In this document: positions 24,248-37,784 of the stretch, one piece after another
Layout: every line of letters starts with the position of its first letter
Numbering within the stretch: the first letter of the stretch is position 1
Assembly (NCBI GenBank): GCA_000934665.2
Contig: JYFJ02003672.1
Coordinates: 1-38,874, forward strand
Length of the DNA: 38,874 bases
Direction: 5' to 3'
Source: Catajapyx aquilonaris
Lineage: Eukaryota
Notes under the pieces: model-generated
What the model was told of the DNA's origin: nothing
The model's database searches: none
The model's input: the letters and a program-made list of their open reading frames with translations, nothing else
Translations under genes and position numbers: made by a program

Positions 24248-24774
24248 ATGCGCACATGAGAAGAAGGAAAGGTGATCGACCAGTTGGGTGGATCTGTGCA
24301 CTCATATTTTATTTTATTTTGCAGCGTAGTTACATTATGAAGTGAAGTTACAATCAGTTCCACATAAGTGGATGTAAAGTGTATTTTTGTTTCCTCGCGT
24401 TAATTTCAAGTTAGTTCCCTCAGCTACGATTCGCGTTTAACAAGAGTTGAAAGTGATGCAATATAACATTCCTTCACATGAGAGTACAAATAATTATTTT
24501 TTTTTGCTCCATAAGTTAAAGTGCGCTTCATGGTTACTTATTACTGCAGTATTTCTCAACCTTACTGCCATTTTTATAGAGAGAGAAAAAAAAAATTGTT
24601 TTGCATTACATGCTGTTACATAGCTGTAGTTGCAGTACAGCCAGTGTTTACTTTCATTTTTATTGTCAGGTGAGTGTATGGTTGCCCAGACAGGGTGATA
24701 TGTACGGAGAAATGTAACTACTTACGTTAACTGTGCTGAGCACGAACTGAGCTTTCTTTTTAATTAAAGGAACC

Positions 24775-24780
24775 AATAAA
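24775..24780 (+). promoter_or_regulatory. Polyadenylation signal, copy D
   Basis: Conserved CAATAAAGAAGTG. Confidence 0.65.
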
Positions 24781-25362
24781 GAAGTGATTTTAATTGTAAT
24801 TTGCCATCGTTGTAATTTAAATGGGCGCAAAGGAGGTGTGTAATACGCGGTACTCCCATTTTGATGTTACGAAAGCATTGCAGTTATATGATTATTGAAA
24901 TTAATTTTTTTTTTAATAGGAAAGAGCTACTTATGCTTTAGGTCCATTCCATGGTCCATTCTAAGCCAGACCTGGAGCCTGCGGCAGTGGGAATGGAATT
25001 TTTTTTTGTGGTGGAATTATTGAACATGCTGTACCTGGCTGAGAAGTAGCAGTGACTACTAATAACCGTTATATCAAACAGTTACTTTGGCTGGGCTGCA
25101 GCATCCGAGTGTTGATCATTTGAACGTTGGCTTGTTTTGTCTCGTCCTCCTTGTCCTGTCCCACCAGAACAACTCCTGAGGGCCATACTTGGTACCGGCT
25201 GCTGCCTGACACATCGGAGTACCAGGTGGGTAACAAACGAGACCGATTCAGTGCATGAGGGAAGAGGGACAGACCAGGCCTAGAGAGGACATGTTTGAGC
25301 AATGATTGTAAGGCATTGAATTAATGCCCAATTATTATACTTACAGGTGCGAGTAAGGGAAG

Positions 25363-28157
25363 ATGGCTCCTCGCAAAAGGGCAGCTGCATCAAGGAGCAC
25401 AGAGGAAGATGGGGAGGCAGGAGGAGGCTCGAAGGATGCGAAGAGGAGGAGGAAGGACGCAGTGGTAAGAGCGGAAGGAAATATTACGTTGTCCAGTTCA
25501 TTTGTCATCTGAGTTTGGGGTACTGTAGGCTGTAAACTAAACGGCCTGGTTGTTTAGCACCTTACGCATCTAAGCGCACCTGTTCCTCGGCTATGAACCC
25601 CCTCTAGATGGCGTTTTGTGACATGGGTTCCTATGTGAAAAGTACTTGTCTTGGTCCCCTCTATTACCCAGGCTATAAGTCTGTCCCAAAATTACAGCGT
25701 ACAACCTGTATATGCTTCTGCTATACAGATGGATTCGGAGTAAAGTCATTTTTGATATATCACGTTCGGGTTCAGTTATCTTAGAAGACACTTCCAAAAT
25801 GGGTTTAAACATTGCCGTTAAGCTAGTTTCTACATGAGCCCTTTTGTTCATACCCTAGGTAACCAACAAAGCCCGCAAGACTACTGTGGCCAAGAAAAGT
25901 ACCACAAGGAAGAGGGCTGCTGCTGCGACTGAAGGAGACGAGAAGGAAGAGCAAGGAACTTCCAGCAAAAAAGCTGCTGCCAGTGAGAAAAAGACAACCA
26001 AGAAAGGCGCCACTACCACAAAGAAGGCAACCACCGCCAAGAAGGCAACTACTGCTAAGAAAGCAACCACTGCTAAGAAGGTGACTGCAGGGAAGAAAGC
26101 CCATGCTGCCAAGAAGCCAGGGAAGGCCAAGAAACCTTCAAAGCCAAGGGTAACTTCTGTGTGTCAGTGTGGCAAATTGAAATGCACTCTCAGAAAGTGT
26201 TTGACATGGTTTTACACCAGTCTGAGATAATAATATTTAATCCTGTCATGTGAAAAGTACTTTAATTAATCATTTTTAAGTTGGTCATTCTAAATTTACT
26301 TGCTGATGTCATGTCCTGATAATGGAATACTCTATCATTATCGGCCTTTCACAACTGTAAAGGTGTATTCACATATCCGCGATTCCGTGCCCAGCGACCG
26401 ATTCTGTGCCCCGTCGATCCACGATGCGGTGCCCCCAGCAACGGAGTTCCCGTCCAGTGGATGCTGTCGCAATGTAGTGCCCCAAAGAGCTCTGCTACCG
26501 GGTCTCCAGCAGCTGGGCGACACCATGGCCGCGACGTCGCTCGGGCACGGAGTCGCAGTCGCCGATATGTGAATGCACCTTAATGTATTCTCAAGTTTTT
26601 AAAAAAACTGACTCCGATGGGAAAAGTAAGGATGGGGAAAAAGAAGAAAAAGGCTAGCAGTCAACCTCAGTCTCTATTCCAGAATGAAAATTATGAGTTA
26701 ATCAGAAGTGACATTGGAGATAGTGAAGAAGAGGATGACTTAATTATGGCTGCAGATTACTGTCATTTTTTTTTCATTCTCATTAACTATGTTATGGTCA
26801 GTTTACAACATTAACTTGACCGTGGACACCTCCTAAGTCCAACACTCAAAAGGTATTGCCTGGCTGCATGTTGTTTCTTGAGTTTCAAAGCGTGTTCTGA
26901 TTGAAAACATCCTCAGTCAGATGCCTCCGCATATGATAGCTCTTCACAATAGCAAAAGGAAAAGATGGGAATTAGTAGGACCATTTTTGAGTGTTTTTTT
27001 GTAGAAGTTATAGTTCATGGGACTTATTTTTAAAGCACTTTTTGTCACACCTGCTCCAGTTACTTTTCTAACAGCCCCGTAACTCATGAATCAACACATT
27101 TCCGCTACTGCTACTGCAAGCAACATTCAGGCTGCAAAAGAAGGTGATCGCACAATTGTCACTTGAATTGTTGCGGCAGGGTTCCAGTATGCAAGCAGGC
27201 ATTGTCTTACAGTGAAAACACAACGGAACTCAACATGCCGTGACTTTTTTTTTGAATGGTAATCCTTAACCTCCATAATGTCTCACAATAAACCTTTTGG
27301 GTTGAACAAAAGTAGCAGCATGTTGAATAATTCCAGGGTGTTTTTCTTGTGCGACAATGCCTGGCCGCATACTGCCTTGCATAACGGAACCCTGTCGCAA
27401 CAATTCAAGTGGCAATGTTGTTCAATCACCTTCTTTAGGGCCGCCTGCCATTGATGTGAAGAAATGGTGTGCAAAGCTGAGGTTTGACGATGACGTGGAG
27501 TTGCATTCCAGTGTGATGTGTTAATAGACCTGCTGACCTTTGTTTACTTCTCCTCCACAGAGCCAGTGGATAATTGTTTCGACTGGTAAATTCACCAAGG
27601 TGTACCAGTTTAAGATAACCCTTCTGGGCACCAGGCCTCAGATCTGGCGCCGTATACAGGTGCCAGAGGATTATACGTTCAAGTCACTCCATGAGGCCAT
27701 CCGGGATGCTATGGGATGGGGTGGTGGTCACAATCATGGATTTTTCTTTGGAGGTGGGCCCACAATTAGTCCATCCCCCTTGATGTCGGAAGATATTTCT
27801 GAAAATGATGCCCTCATTGCTGAGCACTTCTCTGATGAAAAGAAAGTTGCAATATACGAGTACGACTATGGTGACGGTTGGGAGCATCAGATCTTGTTCG
27901 AGAAAATTGTTGAGGATGACAAGATACACACATATCCCAGGTGCATTGATGGTGCGAGGGCTTGTCCTCCTGAGAACGTTGGAGGCGTCATTGGTTACAA
28001 GAACCTTTTGAAGGTGATAAAAACACCTCCGGATTCTCGAGATGAAGAGATGAAGCACCTGATGGACTGGCTTGAAGATCTGGAGCCAGGGTATGATCCA
28101 GATTTCTTCGATGTTGCGCAAGTCGGGTTTCAAGATAGGAAGGCTGGGGCTAACTAA
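25363..28157 (+). CDS. Copy E: same architecture; coding exons 25363-25464, 25859-26149, 27561-28157; ~329 aa
   Basis: MAPRKRAAASRSTEEDGEAGGGSKDAKRRRKDAV|GTAAGA; CCCTAG|25859; AGG|GTAACT 26150; CTCCACAG|27561; all phase 0; domain motifs intact. Confidence 0.87.
26361..26580. mobile_element. PIF/Harbinger-like MITE
   Basis: TAA-AGGTGTATTCACATATC ... GATATGTGAATGCACCT-TAA. Confidence 0.78.
27137..27435. repeat. Imperfect inverted repeat (probable MITE)
   Basis: AAAGAAGGTGAT...CACTTGAATTGTTGCG versus CGCAACAATTCAAGTG...ATCACCTTCTTT. Confidence 0.65.
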
Positions 28158-28697
28158 TGCGCACATGAGAAGAAGGAAAGGCGCAGTTGGGTGGAGCTGT
28201 GCTACTTATTTTCATCATTTGTGGACAGTTATATTCAGAGGTGACATTACAATCAGTTTCAGAAATATGGATGTAAAGCGCATTTGTTTTCATACGATTA
28301 TTTCAAGTTCTTCCGTTCATGTGTGAGCATCAGAGCAGTTGCTCGTATTTGAACTACAAAGAAATGTTGTTTTGTTTTGTTTTGTTTTTGTCCTAAGTGA
28401 AAGTGTCCTTGGTTACTGCTCATTATTACTTGTTACTTTAGCCTTTTTCTTTATCATTTGTATGTTTATTTGGAGAGGGGAAAAATTGTTTCCTAGATTC
28501 AAGGTTACATGATGTTGCAAATGCTGTAGTCGCAGTACAGCCAGTGTTTACGTTCATTTTTTATATTGTCAAGTGAGTGTAAGTTGCTACATGTCGCTAC
28601 ATGTATGTCTGACCAGTCAGAGCGTGTATGTACAGAGTGTATTTTGCGGTTACACTGCGCGCTGGGTTAAGAACTTGTACCTGCTTTTGAATCAGAC

Positions 28698-28703
28698 AAT
28701 AAA
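28698..28703 (+). promoter_or_regulatory. Polyadenylation signal, copy E
   Basis: Conserved CAATAAAGAAGTG. Confidence 0.65.
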
Positions 28704-29180
28704 GAAGTGCCTTGTAATTTGCCATCATTGTAATTGAAATGGGCAAAGGCAGGTAAAGGTGGGAAATATTAAAACAAGTACAGTAAAGTAGATTATACCG
28801 TATTTAATTACTATTTTGGCTGAATAGCTACAAATAGCAGTTACTACCAGTAAACGCGATCTGGAATGAACAGCTACGCTAAGCACCAGTTGCTGCCTGG
28901 TTGAGAGTTCTGCTGTTCTATTTCGTCTGCCTCGTCGTCTTTTCCTGCCTGTTCCGTCCCACCAGAGCGACTCCCGAGGGCCATACCGTGTACCGGCTGG
29001 TGCCTGACACATCGGAGGAACAGGTGGGTGACAGACGAGGCCGATACAAGGCAGGAGGGAAGGAAGAAAAAAAAAAAAAAAGACTAGGCCTAGTGGGGGA
29101 CATGTCCAAACAATGAATGTGTAATGTAAGGCATTGAATTACTGCCCAATTGTTATTGTTTCAGGTGCGAGTAAGGAAAG

Positions 29181-32100
29181 ATGGGTCCTCGCAAAAGGGC
29201 AGCTGCCTCAAGGAGCACAGAGGAAGATGGGGAGGCAGGAGGAGGAGGCTCAAAGGATGCAAGGAAGGACGCCGCGGTAAGAGCAGGGGGCCAAAGAAGT
29301 CGGTGTATTCCTTGGGCCAAAACCAGTCTTAAAGTGGGGGGTGAAATATCGAGGGACCAACCGTTGATGGCATAGATGACGACGTAGACTTGCATGCCCC
29401 TGAGACAAACATGTTCATTCACCCGACAGCTTTTCTCTACACTGTAGACAGCAAAACATTAAGAGAGCATCACTGGTGAGTCTCTCATGGAACATCAATT
29501 TTTAATGCTCTTGTGATGCGTTTTTGTTGCTAAAAAGTATCACAAGAGCATTAGCAGAGCATTAAAAATTGATGTTCCATGAGAGACTCGGTGGTTTGCA
29601 GTGTATGTAAGTCAGCATAACTTTACTCCCCGTAGTGCAGTGGCTACGAGTCAGGATGTTATTCCGATATTGATGGCTAGGAAAAGAGATGACCATGCCA
29701 GACCCCGCATATTCCATGTTGACTTAAATGAATTCATATCTGGGCAAACTAAATGGAAGTCGGGGTTGTGAAGTTCAGTGAAAACTGAATTAGTTTGTCT
29801 GTTAATTACCTCCAGAGCTCTGGGGAAAGGAATGGACAGGACCAGGTCTCAAAATATCTAGGGAATAATGAGAATGTCAACATGGACGTTAACAACAAGT
29901 AATTGCAATGTACAACTAATACCATGCCGAAGATTTTTGGGCAGACAGCAAGACACAGTGACCTGTTTTTAAAAAGGCTACGATCCACTTTGAGTGCCTC
30001 AAAAGTAATTTAATGCTAATTAAGACTTGAATGTACTGTACTAGCCCCATTGAAGCATGTGCTGTTCTCAGAATTGATGGCTTGTACTGTACCCATACTT
30101 AAATGGTGCAGACTATGTGACGAAAAGCATGTGGTGGGACCAGTCTTACTGCAAGGGTGTGGGCATGGTCATAGAATAGTAAGGTCTGGTCACTACCCTG
30201 GGGGCTGACGAGATCGTTTGCGGCAGGTAGCCGCAACAGTACTTTTCTTTAGGGGCAAGACCTGTGGCGACCCTACCAGACCCCTCTGAACTTATGTAGA
30301 AGAGGAACTACTGAGCACCATAGAGTAAATATTGAACTACACGCCTTCGGTGAGCACTCATGGAGCTCCTCTTCTACATAAATTCAGAGGAGTCCGGTAG
30401 GATCGCCACAGGTCTTGGTCCTGCAGAAAAGCATTCTCACGGGGCCACCTGCCACAAAACATCCCATCAGCCCCCAAAGGCAATAAGAGGGGAGCGACCA
30501 GACCTTCCTCTTCGAAGACCATGGGTGTGGGTTACGAACATCATATTTGATACAAGTTATCAATAATGGGCATTTGACAATGCAAGATACAAAATACATC
30601 TAAGGGAGCAAGAGACAGCAGAAGGCAACAGGACAGCATTCAATGTTGCAGAGTACACTGACATGTACACCCGCGAGCATAAAGATGGAGACGGCAGGCC
30701 CTCACCTTCGGCAGGCTGCTCTGCCAGTTGCAGCTATTACGGTATCAAATATACTGTCATAAATACACGAACACACGCCTGATGCAGCGAACTCAGTCCA
30801 AAAAGAGTTCATTAATTTGAGTCGGGTAAAGAAATTTCAAAAAAGGGCCTGCCGTCTCCATCTTTATGCTCGCGGGGGTACATGGTACAAGTTTGGTTTT
30901 CACCGGGCTTGAATATCCCATCGTCCATTTAGTTTGCCCAGATATCCATTCATGTCAGTCTGTGCAGGGATAAGGCAAGGTCACCTCTTTTCCCAGCCAT
31001 CATCACTATTGGGATCAGATTCTGACACTTAGGTAACCACTCCATGTAAGGGAACCCAGTGTTTTGCGGCCTTCCCCACATAAAAGCTGTCAGTTTGGTG
31101 GCTGCATTTGTCTCAGGGGCATGCAAATCTACATCGTCGTTTCCATCATCAATGGTTGGTCCCTCGACATTTCTCCCCTGTACATTTTAGACTGGCCCAA
31201 GGAATATGCGGACTGCCGGTTGACCTACTAGCAAGAAAGACCCTGTATGTCTTTGTGACCTACTTGTTAAGGATTTGCCAAGTTCACCTGCCATCTGAGT
31301 TTGGTGCATGTGCAGTCGGTTAAAGGAATATCTTTCTACACCAGGCCAAGAAATTATTCTCCAAGAGAGGTACTGCCTCCCCTTGACGCAATGACTCACA
31401 CTCCCCTAGGCAGCACCTTTGTTGTAGGCTAATTTATAGCCCTAGTGTGGATAGATACTCCTTAACAGACGGATCAATGCTTTTTCTGTTGTACAGCTGG
31501 ATTTAAGGTCCGTTTAGATGCTAGCAATTTGATCAGTGATGATCAGCGATGATCATTGCTGTAGTGGTTTCGACGTCACTACACAACCAGTTGCACTTTT
31601 ATCACTCTGTGCTGTCATAGTACTGCCACCTGGATACAGTGTGGTATGCTGCTGCCTCATTGGTCAACTTGCCAATGACTTATAGCATACAGCGATCTTG
31701 CTTCCAAAATTTGATTGCTTTTGGTCCAAATGATTGGTTTCATCACTGAGCAAATAGCTCATATGTATATGCAGCATTAGAGTCAAGTCATATTTTATCT
31801 AGCATCTTGTCTGATCTTGTCTTCACGTTCTGGTTCAGTTATCTTGGAAGACATGTCTAAAATATGAGTATGTTTATCCATTCCCATTAAGCCAGTTTCT
31901 ACATGAACCCTTTCATTCATCCCTAGATATCCACCAAAGCCAGCAAGACTACAGTGGCCAAGAAAAGTACCTCAAGAAAGAGGGCTTCGGCTGCGACTGA
32001 GGGAGACAAGAAGGAAGAGCGGGGAACTTCCAGCGAGGACACTGCTGCCAGTGAGGAAGAGATGACCAAGAAAGAGGCAGCTACCACCAAGAAGGCAACC

Positions 32101-34111
32101 ACTGCCAAGAAAGCGACTACTCCCAAGAAGGCCACTACTGCCAAGAAGGCTGCTGCTGACAGGAAAGTCCCAGCTGCCAGGAAACCAAGGAAGGCCAAGA
32201 AACCTCCAAAGCCAAAGGTGACGTCAGTTTGGCAAATGAAAATGCACCAGAAAGTGTTAGGGGACAAACAAGTCCCAAGATAATAATTTCTTGCATCATT
32301 CTGGAATAATTTTCAAATTGCTTGTTCATACATCAGTTCGAAAAGCATACTTGCAGGCATGTAAGGCATGGTAATGCAAGTGACAAGTTATGAATAGACA
32401 GGGATTAAACTGCCACTCGCCTTTTTGCTTAATGGGAATTATTTTGTTTTCATTCATTCATAACATCACGGCATAATTCCATCACTGGGGTAGCCAGCGA
32501 CGACTAGTTTGTGCCTAGCCGTCTCGTGTGACCATTACAATGGCTCTTCTGGTGACTGGTCAGGCCATGCAGAAGATATCATGAGTTTGGTGATGATGAA
32601 ATCGGTGATATGAACACATACATCCAGATACATAAACATACAATGTAAAAAGTTCATAACAGTATGAACAAAAATATAGAGCAACTGGAGACTAAGCATC
32701 CCTTCGGCGACATTATGGGGCACCATGTTGGCATCTTGTGTCCTTCCAGTCCGAAGGTTTGACCCCAAATGGAATGTCTGGCTAGGGCGTCCATGTAAAC
32801 AGCCAGATCTCCAAGGAATGATAACCAAGACGTATATGTTAATGAATGTCATGTCATCTCAATTCTAAGCTTGTTCATTATCAGGAAGTACTGAACAGGA
32901 TTTACATTTATCAGTCTGCGAAAAGAATGTGTTTGTTACATCATTTTCAGGCTATTCTGGTTATGGCAGAAAAGAAGGTTGTGCAGGTGTTTTCCCCTAG
33001 TTGGCTGAGTCGGAGTAGATTATGCCAATTCAGTGCTCAAATCTTGATCAGCTTTAGTTTCAGTATTGTTCCAAGGGAAGTCTTTCAATATGTTAATTTG
33101 CATTGTCAATTCCACTACATGCTATAAATATAGATAGCAGGAGGGGATTGTGTAAAATGAATATCATAAAGACATATTTTAATAGCAGACTCTGGCAGAG
33201 ATGTAATCGATTTGATATATTTTTCTGGGACTTGTTTTTTATTCTTCCCTACATATTTTCATACTCTGAGATCCATTTAGGTTTTAACTGCAACTCCTCT
33301 GATTTAGCTACAACTTTTATCATGCAACGCAACCAAAAAGCAATAAAAAATGGCAGCTAAATCTGGGAATGGGCTGCATTAGCTGATTACTCTTCATGCA
33401 ATTGTGACTTGAAATTGTTGAGGTTAATGTGAGACAGACTGATATACCTGCTGACTTTTATTTACTTCTCTTCTGCAGAGGATGAGGATGTGGCTTCAGA
33501 GTGAAGAATTCACCAAGGTGTACCAGTTTAAGATAACTCTTATGTACATAGAGCCTCCGATCTGGCGCCGCATACAAGTGCCAGAGGATTACACTTTCAG
33601 GTCACTTCATGAGGCCATTCGGGATGCTATGGGATGGAATGGTCTTCACATGCACCATTTTGTATTTGAAGCTGACACCACAATATTTATTGGTCCCCCC
33701 TCCCTCATGGATGACAAAATTATTCCTGAAGCCGATACCAAGATTTCTGATTACTTCACTGATGAGAAGAGAGAATCAGTATACGAGTATGACTTTGGTG
33801 ACTCATGGCAGCACCATGTCATGTTCGAGGAAGTTGTTGAGGTTGACCCGGAGCAGCTGTATCCCAGGTGCCTTGATGGTGCAAGGGCTTGTCCGCCTGA
33901 GGATGTTGGAGGCATCGAAGGTTACGAGCATCTTCTGGAGGTGATAAAGACACCTCCCAAGTCTCGAGACGAAGACATGAAGGAACTGTTGGAATGGCTG
34001 TATGACCAGAAGCCTTATGAGTATGATCCAGATTTCTTCGATGTTGAGTACGTTGCCTTTGAAGACATCAGGGCTGGAGGTTTCAAACCCGCAGAGAAGA
34101 AGAAAAAGTGA
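29181..34111 (+). CDS. Copy F: same architecture; coding exons 29181-29276, 31927-32217, 33479-34111; ~339 aa
   Basis: MGPRKRAAAS...KDAA|GTAAGA; CCCTAG|31927; AAG|GTGACG 32218; TTCTGCAG|33479; all phase 0; domain intact and ends EKKKK. Confidence 0.87.
29306..31205. mobile_element. Foldback element in the copy F intron with nested MITEs (~29438-29605, ~30256-30417, 30668-30878)
   Basis: GAGGGACCAACCGTTGATG...GCATGCCCCTGAGACAAA is mirrored at ~31108-31166. The nested 30668-30878 element has TIR CCCGCGAGCATAAAGATGGAGACGGCAGGCCCT and TA flanks. Confidence 0.75.
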
Positions 34112-34741
34112 TGAGACCAATTGGGTGGATCTGCAGTGTGGAGAGTTTGTTTATTTCAAGTCATTAATTCTCATGCACATTATTCAAGTTTGAGAGTCAG
34201 TGCAGTTTGTTAAAATGTTTCATCCATAAGACGGGTGCTTCCCTGTTTGGGAGTTTCAGGTCCCAATGAAATATGAGTTCAATGTGTTTCAATATTATTT
34301 GTTCAAAGTGTAAAGAAATTGTATTTTTTTTCTTAAGTGAAAGTGCCCTTGGTTACTGCGCATGATTACTCATTACTGCAGTTTTTTTCCCCTAACTTCT
34401 CTTGACTATCATCAAGCTATCATTAAGTACAATTATTATTTGAAAGGAGAAAAAAAGTAATTGTATTGTTATGGATTTCAGGTTACATGCTGTTAAATTG
34501 CTGTAGTTGCAGTACGGCTAGAATTTACCTGTGTTGCTTTGTTATTACGTTTTGTTCATTTGTGATTAATTTTGTTACTTTTATTTTTGTTCAGTTTTAT
34601 TGTCAAATGAGTTGTTAATTATCACACAGGGTTGTCTGCCCACAGTTGTACGTACCAAGAAATGTTAAAGGTACTTGCTTTACTGCGCTGAGCAAAAACC
34701 AAACTAAATAAATGTACCTTGCTTTTGAACAGAAAGTTAAC

Positions 34742-34747
34742 AATAAA
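34742..34747 (+). promoter_or_regulatory. Polyadenylation signal, copy F
   Basis: Conserved CAATAAAGAAGTG. Confidence 0.65.
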
Positions 34748-35303
34748 GAAGTGACTTTCATTTGCAGTCAATTGCAGTTGAGTTGGCTGGACCCATGGGC
34801 AAATGCAAGGGCGGTACAGGTGGAGGTGCCCAACAATTTAAAAAAATATAATTAAAAAATAACATTAATTAGGTGCAGTAGCAGTTACTACCCACTGTTG
34901 TTAGAGTATATCCTTCCTGTTACTACCAATAACCGTGATCTTACAGAAACAGCTAAGCTAACCCCCGAGTCGTCTGCACGTCCGATTGTTGCGCCTCATC
35001 TTCTCTGTCCTCTCCCGTCTCAACACAGCAACTGCTGACTGTCGTACCAGTACCGGCTGCTGCCTGACACATCGGAGGAACAGGTGCGTATCAAACGGGG
35101 CAGCTGCAGGGCATGAGGGAAGAGGGACAGACCAGGCCTAGAGAGGACATGTTTGAACAATGATCGTAAGGCATTGAATTACTGCCCAATTGTTATTGTT
35201 TCAGGTGCGAGTAAGGGAAGATGGCTCCTTGCAAAAGGGCAGCTGCATCAAGGAGCACAGAGGAAGATGGGGAGGCAGGAGGAGGCTCGAAGGATGCGAA
35301 TAA

Positions 35304-35652
35304 TAATTGGGTAGTGCGGACCTCATTCGAGGTATTGCACGGAACTTTATTTATTTTGCAATTTTTTACATACAGTTTTTTTTCGTCGCAACGCCCTGGT
35401 CCACGGGCGTATGGGGAAGGGTAGCTTCCCAAGGGAGGGCGCTCTCATGTAGTTTCTAGTCATTGCAGACCCTCTTAAACACCAGACCTTTTCTCCTGGC
35501 CCCGAGCAGAGAAGGGAGTGCAATTCTGCTCCGGCATGTCGGGTGAAAAGCGGAAAAAGACCCGGCCAAGCAGAGGTGACGGGGACGGGATTTGAACCCC
35601 GGCCTCCCGCTTGGCTGGCCAGCGGCGTAACCACTAGACCACCATGCCTCCC
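35304..35652 (-). mobile_element. tRNA-derived SINE inserted in a coding exon
   Basis: Minus strand GGGGAGGCATGGTGGTCTAGTGG / GGTTCAAATCCC; 16-bp TSD CGAAGGATGCGAATAA at 35288-35303 and 35653-35668. Confidence 0.9.
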
Positions 35653-35759
35653 CGAAGGATGCGAATAAGAGGAGGAGGAAGGACGCAGCGGTAAGAGCGG
35701 AATGAAATTTTGTACAGCAGCATGGTGTCATGCAGTCAGCATTGGCACAGAACAAGTCG

Positions 35760-36790
35760 AAAATGTAGGGGGGAGAAATGTGTAGGGACCAACCGTTGTC
35801 TACGTAGGCGAAGATGTCGATTTACGTGTGACTCGGACTATAGAAGTGGCCACCAGGCTGACAGATTTTCTGTGCAGAAGGTGGGAAACTGCTGCAGTGG
35901 TTGTCTTTAAGTGTCAGGATGTGATCCCGATAGCAATGGCAGCAGGGAAAATAAGTGATATTGCCAGATCCCGTTGGTTATCCGGCGCAGACTGAAATGT
36001 ATGTGCCTCTCTGGGGATATGGAATGGAAGACGCTGCATTGATGTTAGGTGACAGCCAGTTTATTACCTCCTAATCACTGGGGAACGGAATGGACATGAC
36101 AAGTGCTCAAAGCATCCTTTCAGCAGCACAAGTATCCTTCAACATTGCCGTCACCAACAAGTAATTATTGCAATGTACAGTGTTGGACATTAATCATGTC
36201 GTTCTGCTAGCGACATTTTCCGAAGGGGCAGAAGAGCGAATCGAAGCAATGGATAGTGCGAGCCATCAAGCAAGATTCATTCTTGATTCTTCTGCCGCTT
36301 CGGAAAATGTCACTAGCAGTACGACGTGATTAATGTCCAACACTGTACATTGCAATTACTTGTTGGTGACGACAATGTTGAAGGATACTTGTGCTGCTGC
36401 AATGATGCTTTGAGCACTTGGCCTGTCCATTCCGTTCCCCAGTGATTAGGAGGTAATAAACTGGCTTTCACCTAACATCAATGCACCGTCTTCCATTCCA
36501 TATCCCTAGAGAGGCATACATTTCAGTGTGCGCTGGATAACCAACGGAATGTTCTGGCTAGATCACTTCTTTTCCCAGCCATCACTATCGAAATCACATC
36601 TTCAGACTTAGACAACCACTGCACGGAAGGGAGTACAGTGGTTTGCCGCCTTCTCCACAGGAAGGCTGTTGGGTGGGTTTCATTTGCTTCTCAGGGGCAC
36701 CCAAACCTCCATCATCATGTTTGTCGTCAACGGTTGGTCCCTCAACCTTATTTCTTCTCTACATTTTTTACTTGTTTCGGCCCAAGGAAT
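35760..36790. mobile_element. ~1-kb foldback element homologous to the one in copy F
   Basis: AGGGACCAACCGTTG / CAACGGTTGGTCCCT; inner arms (~35975-36240 versus ~36285-36548) are closely matching reverse complements. Confidence 0.85.
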
Positions 36791-37528
36791 ATGCTGACTG
36801 CCACTTGACCTACTAGTATGAGACACCCTGTATTTCATTTTGGATTACTTTTTAAGGATTTGACAAGTTCACCTGCCATCTGAGTATGGTTCACATACGT
36901 TGCTCCTTCTGTTGTACAGGCGGATTTAGGGTCAAGTCATTTTTTATGTAACATCTTGTCTTCACATTCTGGTGCGGTTATGTTGGAAGGCACATCTCGA
37001 ATATGTTTATACATTGCCATTAAGCCAGTTCCTACATGAACCCTTTTTTCATCCCCTAGATATCCACCAAAGCCAGCAAGACTACAGTGGCCAAGAAAAG
37101 CACCTCAAAAAAGAGGGCTGCTGCTGCGACTCAGGGAGACAAGAAGGAAGAGCGGGGAACTTCCAGCGAGGACACTGCTGCCAGTGAGGAAGAGATGACC
37201 AAGAAAGAGGCAGCTACCACCAAGAAGGCAACCACTGCCAAGAAAGCGACTACTCCCAAGAAGGCCACTACTGCCAAGAAGGCAGCTGCTGACAAGAAAG
37301 TCCCAGCTGCCAGGAAACCAAGGAAGGCCAAGAAACCTCCAAAGCCAAAGGTGACGTCAGTTTGGCAAATGAAAATGCACCAGAAAGTGTTAGGCGGCAA
37401 ACAAGTCCCAAGATAATAATTTCTTGCATCATTCTGTAATAATTTTCTAATTTATTGCTTGCTCATACGTGAATATGAAAAGCATGCTTGTGGGCATGTA
37501 AGGCATGGTAATGCAAGTGACAAGTTAT

Positions 37529-37784
37529 AATGGATACCCCGTGATAGGCCCCTTGGGCCTCTTAGGGGATCATCTTTTCGTGAACCGTCTTTAATCATTG
37601 CCTGCGTGTGATGGATTTTGATTGCGGGAGGAAACGGGAGAACCCCGAGAAAACCCACGCGAACACGGAGAGAACCCATCGAAACTCTATCCACATAAGC
37701 ATCCTTTGCGCGACCCGGGGATCGAACTCGGGACCTTAGAGGTGGAAGGCTGTGGCGCTAACCACTCCGCCACCGTGTCGCCCG
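37529..37784 (-). mobile_element. tRNA-derived SINE (family of 15115-15523)
   Basis: TSD ATGCAAGTGACAAGTTAT at 37511-37528 and 37785-37802; empty site in copy F at ~32374. Confidence 0.9.

Noticed and set aside
32820..33130. Possible LINE reverse-transcriptase remnant shared by the F and G introns (ILFAD and FINIY-like words on the minus strand)
   Set aside because: The motifs are too short and in the wrong order to support the call.
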